A stretch of DNA of 64,000 nucleotides from Candidatus Saccharimonadota bacterium (GCA_017431725.1 JAFRKN010000003.1:25912-89911); one strand, 5' to 3'; shown: positions 18,092 to 28,934, counted from the stretch's first letter. A program made the numbers and translations. The notes: generated by a model from the sequence alone, not told the origin.

Positions 18092-19444
18092 GTGCAATTA
18101 ATTGTCATTTTACTTATTACCGTGTCGGTTCTTACCCTACTATCGGGTGTTACTGTTTTTCTCGGTTCATCAAAAGGAGATCGTTTACGTTCAGCCTGGT
18201 TTTTTATTGCCACTATTTTTGCCGCAATTTGGACAGTATCTATTTCAATGTTTTTAATTGCCGAACCAAGCTGGAAAGCATCAATCGATTTGCCAGTACG
18301 TTGGACCTACCTCAGCTCAATTTTTATCGATATTGCCTTGCTCGGCTATATTAGTTGGAGAGAAAAATATGGCAAAATTGTCACACTGGCTTTTCTCATC
18401 GGTGGGATTATTTTAAGCGCCGTCTTTATTAATAATCCTGGCCTCCTTTATACTGATGTCATTTTGAGTAATACTGGTAACAGTCTCGTTACAAACATCG
18501 GCCCATTTTATTTTATTTATATAACCTTTTTCTGCCTTTTGGTCCCAGCAGTTATTCTTACATTATTAAAACAAATTATTAAGCCAGTTTCAAAGAAAAA
18601 ACGTGGTGGCGACCTTGTTCTTCTTATCGGCTTCGCTATTTCTGGTACTATGTCATTAATTTTTTGTTTAATTCTGCCGCTTTGGCGTTGGGATTTAGTT
18701 TGGTTGGGCCCCCTCGCCGTCTCTACCACCATCATTGCCTTTTATTATTCGATTTTACGCTACCGCGTGTTAAACCTTTCTTCAATTTGGCTCAAAATCT
18801 TATCCTATATTGTTATTATGGCTTCGTCGGCAGTTATTTATATGGTCATCTTTTCTATCATATTTGCCCTTCTATTTCGTGGTTCAACGCCATCAACAGA
18901 AGTCATCATCTTAAACTTTATTATGATTTTGATAGTATTGCTACTATTCCCTGCCATGAATGAATTAAATATGTTTGTAAATTCGCTCATATCTACCCAA
19001 GATGTTGATATGATCTATATTATTAAAAAATTAAATAAATTTACTCCTCGTACTAATTCCGATCTCAAAGAATTAGCCGACTTTCTTGCTGATCATATGC
19101 ATTTTGAATCGGTCAACTTCTTGATTGATAAACAAATTTATGGCTCAATCAAAAATAAGATCACTTCGGATGAAGTTGAAATTATTTCTAGGCTAGGTGA
19201 CCCCGAAAATGGCATTTGGCAAAATATTGACGAAAACGACGAAAAATGGCTAAGGCACGACTTTTCTGCTATTGCTGCGCTAAGAGATTCCAATGGTCAA
19301 ACTTTTGGGCAAATGATTATTGGCAAGCCAATTGGAAAAATTAATTTTAATCAACGCGACATTATTCAGATCGAATCCGCAATTAATATGGTTGCAACAA
19401 CTATCAGTTCTAGAAATCATCCTAAAAGAACAAAGAGGTCTTAA
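18092..19444 (+). CDS. 7TM-type sensor membrane protein with GAF-like C-terminus and no kinase domain
   Basis: About 9 TM segments ending YSILRYRV; no H-box or N/G boxes before the stop; GTG start with AGGAGG SD and own -10. Confidence 0.55.
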   Translation: MQLIVILLITVSVLTLLSGVTVFLGSSKGDRLRSAWFFIATIFAAIWTVSISMFLIAEPSWKASIDLPVRWTYLSSIFIDIALLGYISWREKYGKIVTLAFLIGGIILSAVFINNPGLLYTDVILSNTGNSLVTNIGPFYFIYITFFCLLVPAVILTLLKQIIKPVSKKKRGGDLVLLIGFAISGTMSLIFCLILPLWRWDLVWLGPLAVSTTIIAFYYSILRYRVLNLSSIWLKILSYIVIMASSAVIYMVIFSIIFALLFRGSTPSTEVIILNFIMILIVLLLFPAMNELNMFVNSLISTQDVDMIYIIKKLNKFTPRTNSDLKELADFLADHMHFESVNFLIDKQIYGSIKNKITSDEVEIISRLGDPENGIWQNIDENDEKWLRHDFSAIAALRDSNGQTFGQMIIGKPIGKINFNQRDIIQIESAINMVATTISSRNHPKRTKRS

Positions 19445-19445
19445 A

Positions 19446-20408
19446 ATGGCTTCGGCAATGCTTAAGCAGACTAGATGGACCATCCTTTTGTCTATTAATG
19501 CGGCAGCAATTTTAATCGCTGGTATTGCTATCACGAGTGCCATTTGGCTAAACGGCGGCCTAGAATTTAAAGTCGTAGGTGAAAGGTCTGATATTATCAG
19601 TTCCGACATAGATGAAATGGCATTGATAGATTCAACTTCCGATTCTAATGCTAACGCTGCTAGTTATAGTGGCGAATTAGGTGGTTACAGCTACACCGCT
19701 CAGGCCGGTTATGAATTTAGCTCTAGCGCTGTTCCAAACGGAGAGATTTGGAATGAAACCGCCATCACTATTTATGCCACACCAGATATTGATATTTGTG
19801 TTGGTAACGGTTTGAATGAACTTGGTGAAATGTATTGGCAAACATCCGACACCAACGTTATCGCCGGTTTTTATAACTCAGCCCGCACTTGGCTTGGATA
19901 CAATAACGAAACTTGTCGATATCCAGTCATCAGTGGTATAGGCACAACCATCATTACTGCTGGTACGTATGACGGCAAACGCAAAGACACTATTACAGTT
20001 ACCGTAATAGATCCTCCAGCCGAACAGTGGAAGCGTGAAGTTCTAAGTTTGGTCAACAATATTAGGGCAAATAATAATCTTGGTCAGTTGACTTGGGGTG
20101 TTGCGTGCGAAAATGCCGCTAACATTCGGGCCAACGAAATTTCTCAACAGTATAGTCATACCCGCCCCGATGGTTCCCCTTGGTCAACAGCCTGCCCTAT
20201 CCCAGAATCTGGTGGTATTAGTGGCGAAAATCTCGCTATTGGTAATGCCGCAGTTTCTCCTGTAACAGTAGTAATGCTTTGGATGGGTTCAGAATCTCAC
20301 CGCGAAAATATTTTAAATCCTGACTATACTAAACTTGCCGTAGGTTTTAATTTTGATTTAGATTCAACTTACAAAACTTATTGGTCCCAATTTTTCAGCA
20401 CTTATTGA
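19446..20408 (+). CDS. Secreted/anchored CAP (SCP) domain protein with Ig-like region
   Basis: LVNNIRA, SHTRPDGS, GENLA, WMGSESHRENIL, YWSQFF. Confidence 0.85.
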   Translation: MASAMLKQTRWTILLSINAAAILIAGIAITSAIWLNGGLEFKVVGERSDIISSDIDEMALIDSTSDSNANAASYSGELGGYSYTAQAGYEFSSSAVPNGEIWNETAITIYATPDIDICVGNGLNELGEMYWQTSDTNVIAGFYNSARTWLGYNNETCRYPVISGIGTTIITAGTYDGKRKDTITVTVIDPPAEQWKREVLSLVNNIRANNNLGQLTWGVACENAANIRANEISQQYSHTRPDGSPWSTACPIPESGGISGENLAIGNAAVSPVTVVMLWMGSESHRENILNPDYTKLAVGFNFDLDSTYKTYWSQFFSTY

Positions 20409-21295
20409 TTAAAACTATTTTCAATTTCGGTACCTAGTGCACGAATTTTTTGAAACGGTACTCGACTTGTCATCACTACAACGATAAAATGTCTATTTTC
20501 TTCGGCAAATTCAACCATAGCTGCGTCATGATAAACATTCCAATATCCATTTTCATTATAATCCCAACCAACTTTATTATATACTTTTACTTTTTCAGAA
20601 AAACCACTCGGCAAACCTTGTCTCCAGTTATATTCTGTTGTTGGTTGATTTAAGAATGAATCTTTTATCACGGCAAGATATTCCGCATCTTCAATTTCAG
20701 AATGGTCATAAAATAACTTCATTATTTTTAAAATATCGTTCGGTGTAGAAATTAGAGCTGAAATATCTGAATCTGTAATTTTAAAATTATTGCGCATAAT
20801 TTCATCAAGTTCAGTATGCCCAATCATCGCCCATAAAGTTTCTGCGCATGGTGAATAAGATTCCCTAATTGATTTATCAAGGCATTCCAAAATTGTATAA
20901 CCAGTAGATCCAGCCAAAGTATTTTTATTCCATTCTCCATTCTGTAACCTTCTATAACCTTCATAAACCACGAACAATTTATATAATGAAGCCGTGTTAT
21001 ATTTTTCAGAAATATTATAACTACCAACCAATTTGTTAAGTTCTAAATCATAAATTACTACACTTTTATCACCATTGGTCGATCCCGCCCACGTATCGAT
21101 TATTGGTTGAAAATTAATTTCCTTGATTGTTTGGCTATAACTAATTTCACCATCATCTAATATTTCATTAAATTCATTAATTACGTTTCTTGCATCCAAA
21201 TGGAATTTGATCGGAATACAAATAATTAGTGTTAGAGTGACTAGAAAAATACCCAGCAATAACAAAAAAATTATTCTTGACCACTTCTTATCCAC
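20402..21295 (-). CDS. Serine hydrolase, class A beta-lactamase/DD-peptidase fold
   Basis: ASLYK (SxxK), NKVG (KTG-like), HDAA. GTG at 21295 overlaps the upstream TAG; ORF track start is 21331. Confidence 0.8.
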   Translation of the reverse strand: MDKKWSRIIFLLLLGIFLVTLTLIICIPIKFHLDARNVINEFNEILDDGEISYSQTIKEINFQPIIDTWAGSTNGDKSVVIYDLELNKLVGSYNISEKYNTASLYKLFVVYEGYRRLQNGEWNKNTLAGSTGYTILECLDKSIRESYSPCAETLWAMIGHTELDEIMRNNFKITDSDISALISTPNDILKIMKLFYDHSEIEDAEYLAVIKDSFLNQPTTEYNWRQGLPSGFSEKVKVYNKVGWDYNENGYWNVYHDAAMVEFAEENRHFIVVVMTSRVPFQKIRALGTEIENSFNQ

Positions 21296-22749
21296 TAAGG
21301 TCTCGCCATCATCAATCTTTCCAAAAACCATTTGCTTGTTTCCTCGTCTAGGAGTCTTGTTTGTAAATTATTATCATAAACCGTTGGCGCAATTTTAGTT
21401 TGTAATAGTTTTCCATTATAGAAATAGTGAGCCAAAATCAAACTTCTTGTCGTTCCTGGCCACCAACTCTGGTCAAAAAATAAATTTCCTAATCCGTAAT
21501 AAATTGCCCCATTTTCGTATAACTCAAAAGTTTGAGGCTGATGTGCACTTGTCCCAACCACTAAATCCGCTCCCAAATCGATTAAATGACGGAAAAAACC
21601 AACCTGATCTCCGGCAGCCGAATTAGCATAATCGCAAGTTGTATTTTCGTAACTAGTATCGTAAGCACTACATTCATAATATTGGACATCGATAATTACG
21701 AAATCTCCGCGCTCCTTAGCTTTATTTATTTCATCAATGGCGTTTTCCTCGTAATATTGGTTTGCCCCCGGCGTTTTGCCGTAAGTTGCTCCACCGGTCG
21801 ATAAATTATAAGCCAAAAAAGTAATATTATTCCCTTTTTCGCTAATTTCTAAAGGCACCGCCGCCTCCTCTGCTGTTTTACCTCCTCCAACGATTTTAAT
21901 ATCGTTATCGCGATATAAATCAATTGAAGAACTTGCGGCTTCATTGCCACAATCTTGATTATGGTTGCCAGTTAGTTCTACTATATCTAATCCTATGGCT
22001 AGAAGTGTATTGATAAAACGTTTATCCGAACAAATATTATTTGCATTAGCGTAATCCGTAAAAGACGATTCATTAGAAGTATGTGTTAAATCAAAGCTTG
22101 ATAAATAATCTTTGATATTTTCTGCGAAATAGTTTGCATCTCCTACTTGGGTTAATTTTGTATTCATTCTGCGAGAAAGCGCCGTGACTCCAGTTTGCGC
22201 AAAAGTTAAAACAGTTGTTTTTCCCGGAAAAACTTTGTTTAAAGTTTCCTCTACTAAGGGAGCTATTTCTTCGGCGTATTTTTCCGAAGCAAAACTAATT
22301 ACTCTAAATTTTGCTCCACCGTCAAAATCATCCAAAAAGTATTTTTTATCGATTGTTAATAATTTTTTTTGAAAAGTTAGCTCCTCAATTGGGATCAATT
22401 CATATTCAGTCTCTTCAAATTCGGCAATATCTGTTCTAGTATCATAAAAATCTGTGACTGGCACAAAAATTTCAGCTAAAAAATCGCCCTCTTCCAAAAT
22501 TGGCCTCTCAAAACTTTCTTTTACGTCGATTGAAACATCTTTATCTAAGTCGATTTCATCGGTAAAAATTGAATTTAATAAAGTCAATTCGTCTGCATTT
22601 AGATTTTCGGAATAATATACTACGCCTGGTATCCTAAATAATCCAGTTTTGGTAAAAAATTGAATTCCAATGAAAAATATACCAAAAAACATTGCAAAGA
22701 AAAATAAACCGAAAAGAAAAGATTTTAGTCGCCTTTTTCCCCGTGCCAT
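21295..22749 (-). CDS. CapA/PGA_cap family metallophosphoesterase-fold protein
   Basis: LTGNHNQD, VVGTSAHQPQ, YYGLGNLFFDQ; N-terminal TM. Confidence 0.85.
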   Translation of the reverse strand: MARGKRRLKSFLFGLFFFAMFFGIFFIGIQFFTKTGLFRIPGVVYYSENLNADELTLLNSIFTDEIDLDKDVSIDVKESFERPILEEGDFLAEIFVPVTDFYDTRTDIAEFEETEYELIPIEELTFQKKLLTIDKKYFLDDFDGGAKFRVISFASEKYAEEIAPLVEETLNKVFPGKTTVLTFAQTGVTALSRRMNTKLTQVGDANYFAENIKDYLSSFDLTHTSNESSFTDYANANNICSDKRFINTLLAIGLDIVELTGNHNQDCGNEAASSSIDLYRDNDIKIVGGGKTAEEAAVPLEISEKGNNITFLAYNLSTGGATYGKTPGANQYYEENAIDEINKAKERGDFVIIDVQYYECSAYDTSYENTTCDYANSAAGDQVGFFRHLIDLGADLVVGTSAHQPQTFELYENGAIYYGLGNLFFDQSWWPGTTRSLILAHYFYNGKLLQTKIAPTVYDNNLQTRLLDEETSKWFLERLMMARP

Positions 22750-22790
22750 ATTATTAATTATAACACATCAAGATATGATATAATGTATTC

Positions 22791-24752
22791 ATGTTTAAGT
22801 GGGCAAGCTTTTTTTCGAAAAATGAAATAGAAAAAGACATTATTTCGCCTAACAAGCGAGTTCGGTGCCACTTCTCCTTAAGGTCAGGTCACATCTCTTA
22901 TGCCGTCTTTCGTGATGAAAAACCAATTATCAAGTCATCGAAACTAGGATTTTTAATTTATGGCGAAGAACCTCTCAAAGAAAATTTAAAACTAATTCGC
23001 GAACAAAATAAAAAAGTTGATGAGACTTTTGAAACTCTATGGGGCGAAGATCGATTTATTAATAATAAATATACGGAAGCCGCTTTTTACATCACCGAAT
23101 CCAAAGGCTCTCGCCGTATTTTCACTGTTAGATTTAGAATTTTTAATGATGGCGTTGCTTTTCGTTATGAAATACCTCCACAGCCTAAATTCCAACGAAT
23201 CACTATAAAGGATGAGCTTACAGAATTTAATTTAGATTTAAATTCTACGGCTTGGCAAATTCCCGCTTATCAACCCGATCGTTACGAATATAATTACAAA
23301 AAATGTTCCGTCTATGATTTGGAAAAATCTGTGCATACTCCACTTACCATCAAGACTCCTAATGGCTGCTACCTCAGTTTGCACGAAGCGGCACTTTATA
23401 ATTATGGTTCAATGACTATTAAATTAGCCGAAGATAAAGCATTAAAAACAGACATCACCCCATTGTCGGATGGGACCAAAGCACATCTCCTACTGCCATT
23501 TCAAACTCCTTGGCGGTTGATTATGCTAGCTGATTCGGCTATAGAATTAACAACAAATCGTATTATGCTTGCTTTAAATGAGCCACCCAGATACGATTTT
23601 TCATGGGTTAAAACTCTCAAATTTTTGGGAATTTGGTGGGCAATGTATGTCGGAGAATGGACTTGGGCGCCAGGCAGTAGACACGGTGCTACTACCGAAC
23701 ACGCCAAAGAATACATTGACGCTGCTGTTCGGCTTGGCATAGCTGGATTATTAATTGAAGGATGGAACGAAGGGTGGGGCGGAGATTGGCTAAAAAATGG
23801 CATTAATAATAATTTTACTACTCCCGCTCCAGACTTTAATCTTGAAGAAGTTGCCCGCTATGCTAACGCAAACAATATTGAATTGATAGGTCACCACGAA
23901 ACTGTCGGTTTTGTGGATAATTATGAAAAACAAATAGAATCCGCTTACAACTTATATGCTGCCAACGGTATTCATTATATTAAGAGCGGCTATGCCGGTA
24001 GTATGATGTTAATCAACGGGCGTAAAGAATATCACCATTCTCAGCTGGGGGTTAATCATTACCAAAGAACCGTTGAATTAGCTGCAAAAAAACATATTTG
24101 CCTAGATATACACGAGCCAATCAAAGGGACTGGCATAGAACGGACTTGGCCCAATCTACTGTCCCGTGAAGGAGCGCGGGGACAAGAATACGAAGGTGGC
24201 GCCCTTTCCCCCTCCCATGCCTGCTACCTTCCGTATACTCGATTACTTTCTGGGGGTATGGATTATACTAGCGGCATTTTTGATATTGACAACGCGGTAA
24301 AGCGCCTAGCTACTACTTTGGCTAGACAGCTAGCCTATTTCGTTACCATTTATTCTGGTATGCAGATGGCTGCCGACCGCCCATATTATTACGAAGAAAA
24401 ACATCGCGATGTTTTTAAATTTATTTATGATGTTCCAACTAATTTTGAAAAAACTATTCCACTAGCTGGCGAAATTGGCGAATATTATATTGTCGCCAGA
24501 AAAGACCGCGACAGTAGCGACTGGTACATTGGCGGTGTAACCGATGAAAACGCCCGTCGCGTCAATATCAATCTTGATTTTCTCGAACACGGCACTTATG
24601 TTGCAGAAATTTATATGGATACAGATGAAGCTCATTATCGTGATAATCCATTTAGTATTACTATTACGGAAAAACACATCGGGAAAAACGAAACCCTAGA
24701 CCTTTTTATGGCCCCAGGTGGCGGATTTGCTATTCGGCTTCGGCAGTTATAA
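22791..24752 (+). CDS. Glycoside hydrolase family 97 alpha-glucosidase
   Basis: FRIFNDGVAFRY, LIEGWNEGW, GHHET, IHEPIK, REGARGQE, DYTSGIF. Confidence 0.93.
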   Translation: MFKWASFFSKNEIEKDIISPNKRVRCHFSLRSGHISYAVFRDEKPIIKSSKLGFLIYGEEPLKENLKLIREQNKKVDETFETLWGEDRFINNKYTEAAFYITESKGSRRIFTVRFRIFNDGVAFRYEIPPQPKFQRITIKDELTEFNLDLNSTAWQIPAYQPDRYEYNYKKCSVYDLEKSVHTPLTIKTPNGCYLSLHEAALYNYGSMTIKLAEDKALKTDITPLSDGTKAHLLLPFQTPWRLIMLADSAIELTTNRIMLALNEPPRYDFSWVKTLKFLGIWWAMYVGEWTWAPGSRHGATTEHAKEYIDAAVRLGIAGLLIEGWNEGWGGDWLKNGINNNFTTPAPDFNLEEVARYANANNIELIGHHETVGFVDNYEKQIESAYNLYAANGIHYIKSGYAGSMMLINGRKEYHHSQLGVNHYQRTVELAAKKHICLDIHEPIKGTGIERTWPNLLSREGARGQEYEGGALSPSHACYLPYTRLLSGGMDYTSGIFDIDNAVKRLATTLARQLAYFVTIYSGMQMAADRPYYYEEKHRDVFKFIYDVPTNFEKTIPLAGEIGEYYIVARKDRDSSDWYIGGVTDENARRVNINLDFLEHGTYVAEIYMDTDEAHYRDNPFSITITEKHIGKNETLDLFMAPGGGFAIRLRQL

Positions 24753-25221
24753 TCAAACGATGTGTGGCGTCTCCACCACCCAAATCTTCTCCTGCGCAAG
24801 TCATCAAAATCAAAGTTTTCTTTTCGGCACTCTTTAAAAGTTCACCCATTTTTATTTTTGATTTTTCTATTAGTTCGATCTCTACTATTTTATAATTTAG
24901 GCCATCATAATTTATTTCTTCACTCAATTTTATTTGATCCAAATTTTTAAAAACTGTGCTAGAATGCCCCAGCAACAAAATTTTATTTTCTGAACGAGTA
25001 TAGCTTCCTACAATGTACTCAGGCGTTTTTAATTCTCGTCCTTCTAATTCTAGTGCAGTGACTGCCGAATTCAGATTTATACTAGGCACTTGTAAGCTAG
25101 CAGAGATTTCATATTTTTTCGCTCCTACTGGTTGCAGACCAAAAAAGACATATATTCCAAAAGCCACAAAATATATTACAACTAAGACTAACCTAAAATC
25201 CAGCCGCTTTTTTAGCTCCAC
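24730..25221 (-). CDS. Sortase-like protein (class F-like)
   Basis: N-terminal TM, LLGHS, LILMTC, HRLII; GTG start with AGGAGG SD. Confidence 0.75.
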   Translation of the reverse strand: MELKKRLDFRLVLVVIYFVAFGIYVFFGLQPVGAKKYEISASLQVPSINLNSAVTALELEGRELKTPEYIVGSYTRSENKILLLGHSSTVFKNLDQIKLSEEINYDGLNYKIVEIELIEKSKIKMGELLKSAEKKTLILMTCAGEDLGGGDATHRLIITAEAE

Positions 25222-25256
25222 CTCTCCTCCTTAAAATCATTATAGCATAAGGATTT

Positions 25257-25802
25257 TTAAAGTCCAGGCTTAAAATATTTTATTTTTTTCTCATGATTTT
25301 TGTAATTTTTGTCGTGGCTCCCCACTTCCGCCCAAAAAGCTTTTGAGTGATCCATATGATTTAAATGCGCAAGCTCATGTAAAATCACATAATCTCTTAA
25401 AACTTCCGGCACCTTCATTAGACCAATATTTAAAGAAATTGTACGATTAGAAGAACAACTGCCCCATCTAGTATTTGCGTGCGTCAATCTACACCTACTA
25501 TAATTATAACCATACATTTTTGCATAGTATTCCAAACGATAAGGCAAATATTCTTTTGCTTTTTTCATCAAAACTTTTTTTTGGTAATCTCTTGTGCGTT
25601 GAGTCGCAGGGTCATTGATGGGCAATTTCTCTTTTATGAGCTTCCTATTAGTATTCAAAAAACGTTTAGCCAAAAAATCGGAAGTATATTTTGGTACCGA
25701 CATTTGTAATCTTCCAGAAGTTGAAATTGAAAATTTAACACCCGCAGCTAAAGGGCTTTTTCTAACAATTACTTCTCCGAATTCTTTATCTTTTATAATC
25801 AT
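25257..25802 (-). CDS. M48/YgjP (DUF45) family zinc metallopeptidase-like protein
   Basis: TRWGSCS, YVILHELAHLNHMDHSKAFW. Confidence 0.9.
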   Translation of the reverse strand: MIIKDKEFGEVIVRKSPLAAGVKFSISTSGRLQMSVPKYTSDFLAKRFLNTNRKLIKEKLPINDPATQRTRDYQKKVLMKKAKEYLPYRLEYYAKMYGYNYSRCRLTHANTRWGSCSSNRTISLNIGLMKVPEVLRDYVILHELAHLNHMDHSKAFWAEVGSHDKNYKNHEKKIKYFKPGL

Positions 25803-26299
25803 TTATTATTACAAAGATCAGCTAAGCCAGAAATTACGTGTTTAGTTTGAGTTTCAAAAGTATGTTTTCCAGAAAGAATAATCGGTTTTTCTGTTTCAGC
25901 AGGCGCCTCAAGTTCACTCACTGCTAAATCATAAACTTCTTTTGCCCTAGAGACATTTTTATATTTTGATTTTAAGCGTGATCTTAGCGTAGTAACATCA
26001 GTCTGAATCCAGATTAAAGATGGTTCATAATTATTATTTCTTAAAATGTTGCGTATCTCTGTGCGGTCTTTTTCGGTTTTTAATCCGCCTTCAATCAAAA
26101 TTGTTTGCCCAGTTTTTAAAATTTGTTCCAGTATTACCAAAATATTTTCGCGTGAAAAACTATTTTTTTCGGCCAAATCATCGAGATCGTAATATGCTAG
26201 ACCGAATTTTTTTGCAAATTTTTTGCTAAATGTAGTTTTTCCGCTACAAGGGGCTCCAAATATGAGCAAACCGCGTGGTTTAGATTTATTACCTTCCAT
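25799..26299 (-). CDS. P-loop nucleotide-kinase-like protein (AAA_33-like)
   Basis: IFGAPCSGKTT Walker A; 166-aa kinase-size fold. Confidence 0.75.
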   Translation of the reverse strand: MEGNKSKPRGLLIFGAPCSGKTTFSKKFAKKFGLAYYDLDDLAEKNSFSRENILVILEQILKTGQTILIEGGLKTEKDRTEIRNILRNNNYEPSLIWIQTDVTTLRSRLKSKYKNVSRAKEVYDLAVSELEAPAETEKPIILSGKHTFETQTKHVISGLADLCNNK

Positions 26300-26324
26300 A
26301 ATAATTTCAATTATAGCACGATTC

Positions 26325-26400
26325 TGGCAGGGGTGGCAAGACTTGAACTCGCGACACCTGGTTTTGGAGACCAGTGCTCTACCAACTGAGCTACACCCCT
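26325..26400 (-). tRNA. tRNA-Trp(CCA)
   Basis: AGGGGTG/CACCCCT acceptor, CTGGT-CTCCAAA-ACCAG anticodon arm, encoded CCA; no 3' duplication. Confidence 0.97.
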
Positions 26401-26470
26401 TTATAAGTTACTATTTTATTTTATCATAAAAGCACTCCAAAATAAAAAAAATATGCTAAAATAATAATTA

Positions 26471-27694
26471 ATGAAAATACTTATGTTAGGTTGGGAATTA
26501 CCTCCACATAATAGTGGTGGTTTAGGAGTAGCTTGTTTAAATATGGCACGAGCTCTTTCGAAGGAAGGCGCGCAAATAGATTTTGTGCTCCCTTATAAAG
26601 CAAACCACCCTGAGGCAAAATTCATGCATATTTTACCAGCCACTGATCTTGATCCAATTTATCGTTACGGCAATGGTTCATATGAATCTTTAAGGCTCTT
26701 TGAAGAAATTATCCCAACTTTTAAAGAAAATGAAATGATTTCAATTAGGGAAATTCAAAAAAAATATTGTGATTTTGTTGAAAAATATCTCATGGAACAC
26801 AAACCAGATTTAGTTCATGCGCACGATTGGTTAACTTATGAAGCGGGTATACTTGCCAAAAAGGAATATCAAATTCCTCTTATTGCGCACGTTCATGCTA
26901 CCGAGTTTGACCGCTCTGGCATGCACACTGGCAACCCTCTCATTCACGAAATAGAATATGAAGGTTTAATGATGGCTGATAAAATTATTGCCGTCTCAGA
27001 AATTACCAAACGTCTTATTCACGAAAAATATCAAATACCTTTATCAAAAATTGATGTTATTTATAATTCTTTAGATGAAAATTATGAAAAAAACGAATAT
27101 CAATTTTATGACGCGAATTATCGTTATCTACAAAAACTCAAAGAAACCGGTCATATTATTGTTTCTACCGTCGGCAGGTTCACTATTCAGAAAGGTTTGC
27201 CTAACTTAGTCCGAGCTGCCGCATTGGCCATCTCCAAAAACCCTCAGCTTATTTTTATTTTTGCGGGAGATGGTGAAGATCGCAACGAGTTAATTGAACT
27301 GGCTGCCGATTTAGGAATTTCTAAAAATGTAATTTTTACCGGCTTTATACGGGGAAAAAGATTACGCGATATTTATTCAATTACCGATATTTTTGTAATG
27401 AGTTCCATTTCCGAACCTTTCGGTCTTACTGCTCTCGAGGCTGCTCACCATGGAGATGTATTAATCTTGACTAAACAATCCGGGGTGTCCGAAATTATTT
27501 GGTCAGCTATGAAGTATGATTTTTGGGATCAAAAGAAACTTGCCGATGAAATTTTAGCTATCTCAAAAAACCCCGCCCTAATGGAAAGTTTGAAAGAAAA
27601 TGTCAAAACCGAATATCGTAAAATTTCGTGGGACCAAGTTGCAAAAAAGTGCTTGAAGATTTATAATAAATTAACAAAACATAAGAGGAATTAG
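26471..27694 (+). CDS. GT4 family glycosyltransferase (glycogen-synthase-like)
   Basis: MLGWELPPHNSGGLG, HAHDW, HVHATEFDR, SEPFGLTALEA. Confidence 0.9.
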   Translation: MKILMLGWELPPHNSGGLGVACLNMARALSKEGAQIDFVLPYKANHPEAKFMHILPATDLDPIYRYGNGSYESLRLFEEIIPTFKENEMISIREIQKKYCDFVEKYLMEHKPDLVHAHDWLTYEAGILAKKEYQIPLIAHVHATEFDRSGMHTGNPLIHEIEYEGLMMADKIIAVSEITKRLIHEKYQIPLSKIDVIYNSLDENYEKNEYQFYDANYRYLQKLKETGHIIVSTVGRFTIQKGLPNLVRAAALAISKNPQLIFIFAGDGEDRNELIELAADLGISKNVIFTGFIRGKRLRDIYSITDIFVMSSISEPFGLTALEAAHHGDVLILTKQSGVSEIIWSAMKYDFWDQKKLADEILAISKNPALMESLKENVKTEYRKISWDQVAKKCLKIYNKLTKHKRN

Positions 27695-28903
27695 ATGCGA
27701 TCAATCTGTTTATATCTTCACATGCATCAGCCTACTCGCTACCGAGAGTATTCGATTTTTGATGTCTCAAATGATTCCAATTATTTTAATGCCGACTATT
27801 ATAGTCGCCAATCCAATGAACGTATTTTTAAAAAAGTTACCGAAAAAAGCTATCAACCGATGCTCGGTCTCATTGAAAAAAATCTTCACCAATATCCCAA
27901 TTTTAAAATATCCTTATCAATTACTGGCACTTGGCTTGAACAAGCCGAAAAATGGGCTCCAGAGCTTCTCGAAACCATTCGTAGAATGGTTAAAACTGGT
28001 CAAGTCGAAATCATCGGCGAAACCTATTACCACTCTCTCTCATATTATTATGATTTAGACGAATTCAATCATCAAGTAGAAGCTCATGCAGCAAAAATCA
28101 AGGAACTTTTTGATTTCGTTCCAAAAGTTTTTCGCAATACCGAGCTAGCTTATAATGATAATTTAGCTAAATGGGCTGAAGAAAGGGGGTACCAGGGTAT
28201 TTTAGCTGAAGGTTGGGACAAAATACTCGGTTGGCGCAGTCCAAATTATATTTATCGTCCCACTGGGTGCAAAAATATCAAATTACTTCTCAAAAATTAC
28301 CGGCTTTCAGATGATATTGCTTTTCGTTTTTCTGATCGCAGTTGGAATGAATGGCCACTTACCGTTTCAAAATATCAAAGTTGGTTAGATATGGAATGTT
28401 TGCGTGGCAATTTAATTAATCTTTTCATGGATTTCGAGACTTTTGGCGAACACCAATGGGTCGACACTGGAATTTTTGATTTTTTCGACCAGCTAATTTC
28501 TTCTTGGCTCAAAGTTTATGACAATAATTTTCTTACTGTTTCTGAAGCCTGCAATTTAATGGAGCCAGTAGACGAGATTTCTATGCCAGAAACCGTTACT
28601 TGGGCAGATACCGAACGTGATTTATCAGCTTGGCTGTCTAATTCCATGCAAAAATCCGCCATGCGGACCCTCTATGATTTACGTGAAAGAATTTTAAAGA
28701 CTAATGATTCTAAACTAATTTCTGATTGGCGTTTTATGACTACTTCCGACCACCCATATTCAATGTGCACAAAATATTGGAATGATGGCGACGTTCATGC
28801 TTATTTTTCAGCCTACGCTTCACCTTATGAAAGTTTTATGTATTTTATGAATGTCGTTCGCGATATAGAATATCGTCTCAGCCTTTTTGAACAACAAAAA
28901 TAG
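27695..28903 (+). CDS. Glycoside hydrolase family 57 (alpha-amylase-like)
   Basis: HMHQP, ETYYHSL, FRNTEL, DFETFGEH, TTSDH. Confidence 0.92.
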   Translation: MRSICLYLHMHQPTRYREYSIFDVSNDSNYFNADYYSRQSNERIFKKVTEKSYQPMLGLIEKNLHQYPNFKISLSITGTWLEQAEKWAPELLETIRRMVKTGQVEIIGETYYHSLSYYYDLDEFNHQVEAHAAKIKELFDFVPKVFRNTELAYNDNLAKWAEERGYQGILAEGWDKILGWRSPNYIYRPTGCKNIKLLLKNYRLSDDIAFRFSDRSWNEWPLTVSKYQSWLDMECLRGNLINLFMDFETFGEHQWVDTGIFDFFDQLISSWLKVYDNNFLTVSEACNLMEPVDEISMPETVTWADTERDLSAWLSNSMQKSAMRTLYDLRERILKTNDSKLISDWRFMTTSDHPYSMCTKYWNDGDVHAYFSAYASPYESFMYFMNVVRDIEYRLSLFEQQK

Positions 28904-28934
28904 AGTTTTACCAAAAATAAAACTCTATTTTTTA

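Noticed and set aside
20402-21295. Functional antibiotic-resistance beta-lactamase
   Set aside because: Only fold-level motifs are present (SxxK, KVG); the membrane anchor and context fit a cell-wall peptidase equally well.
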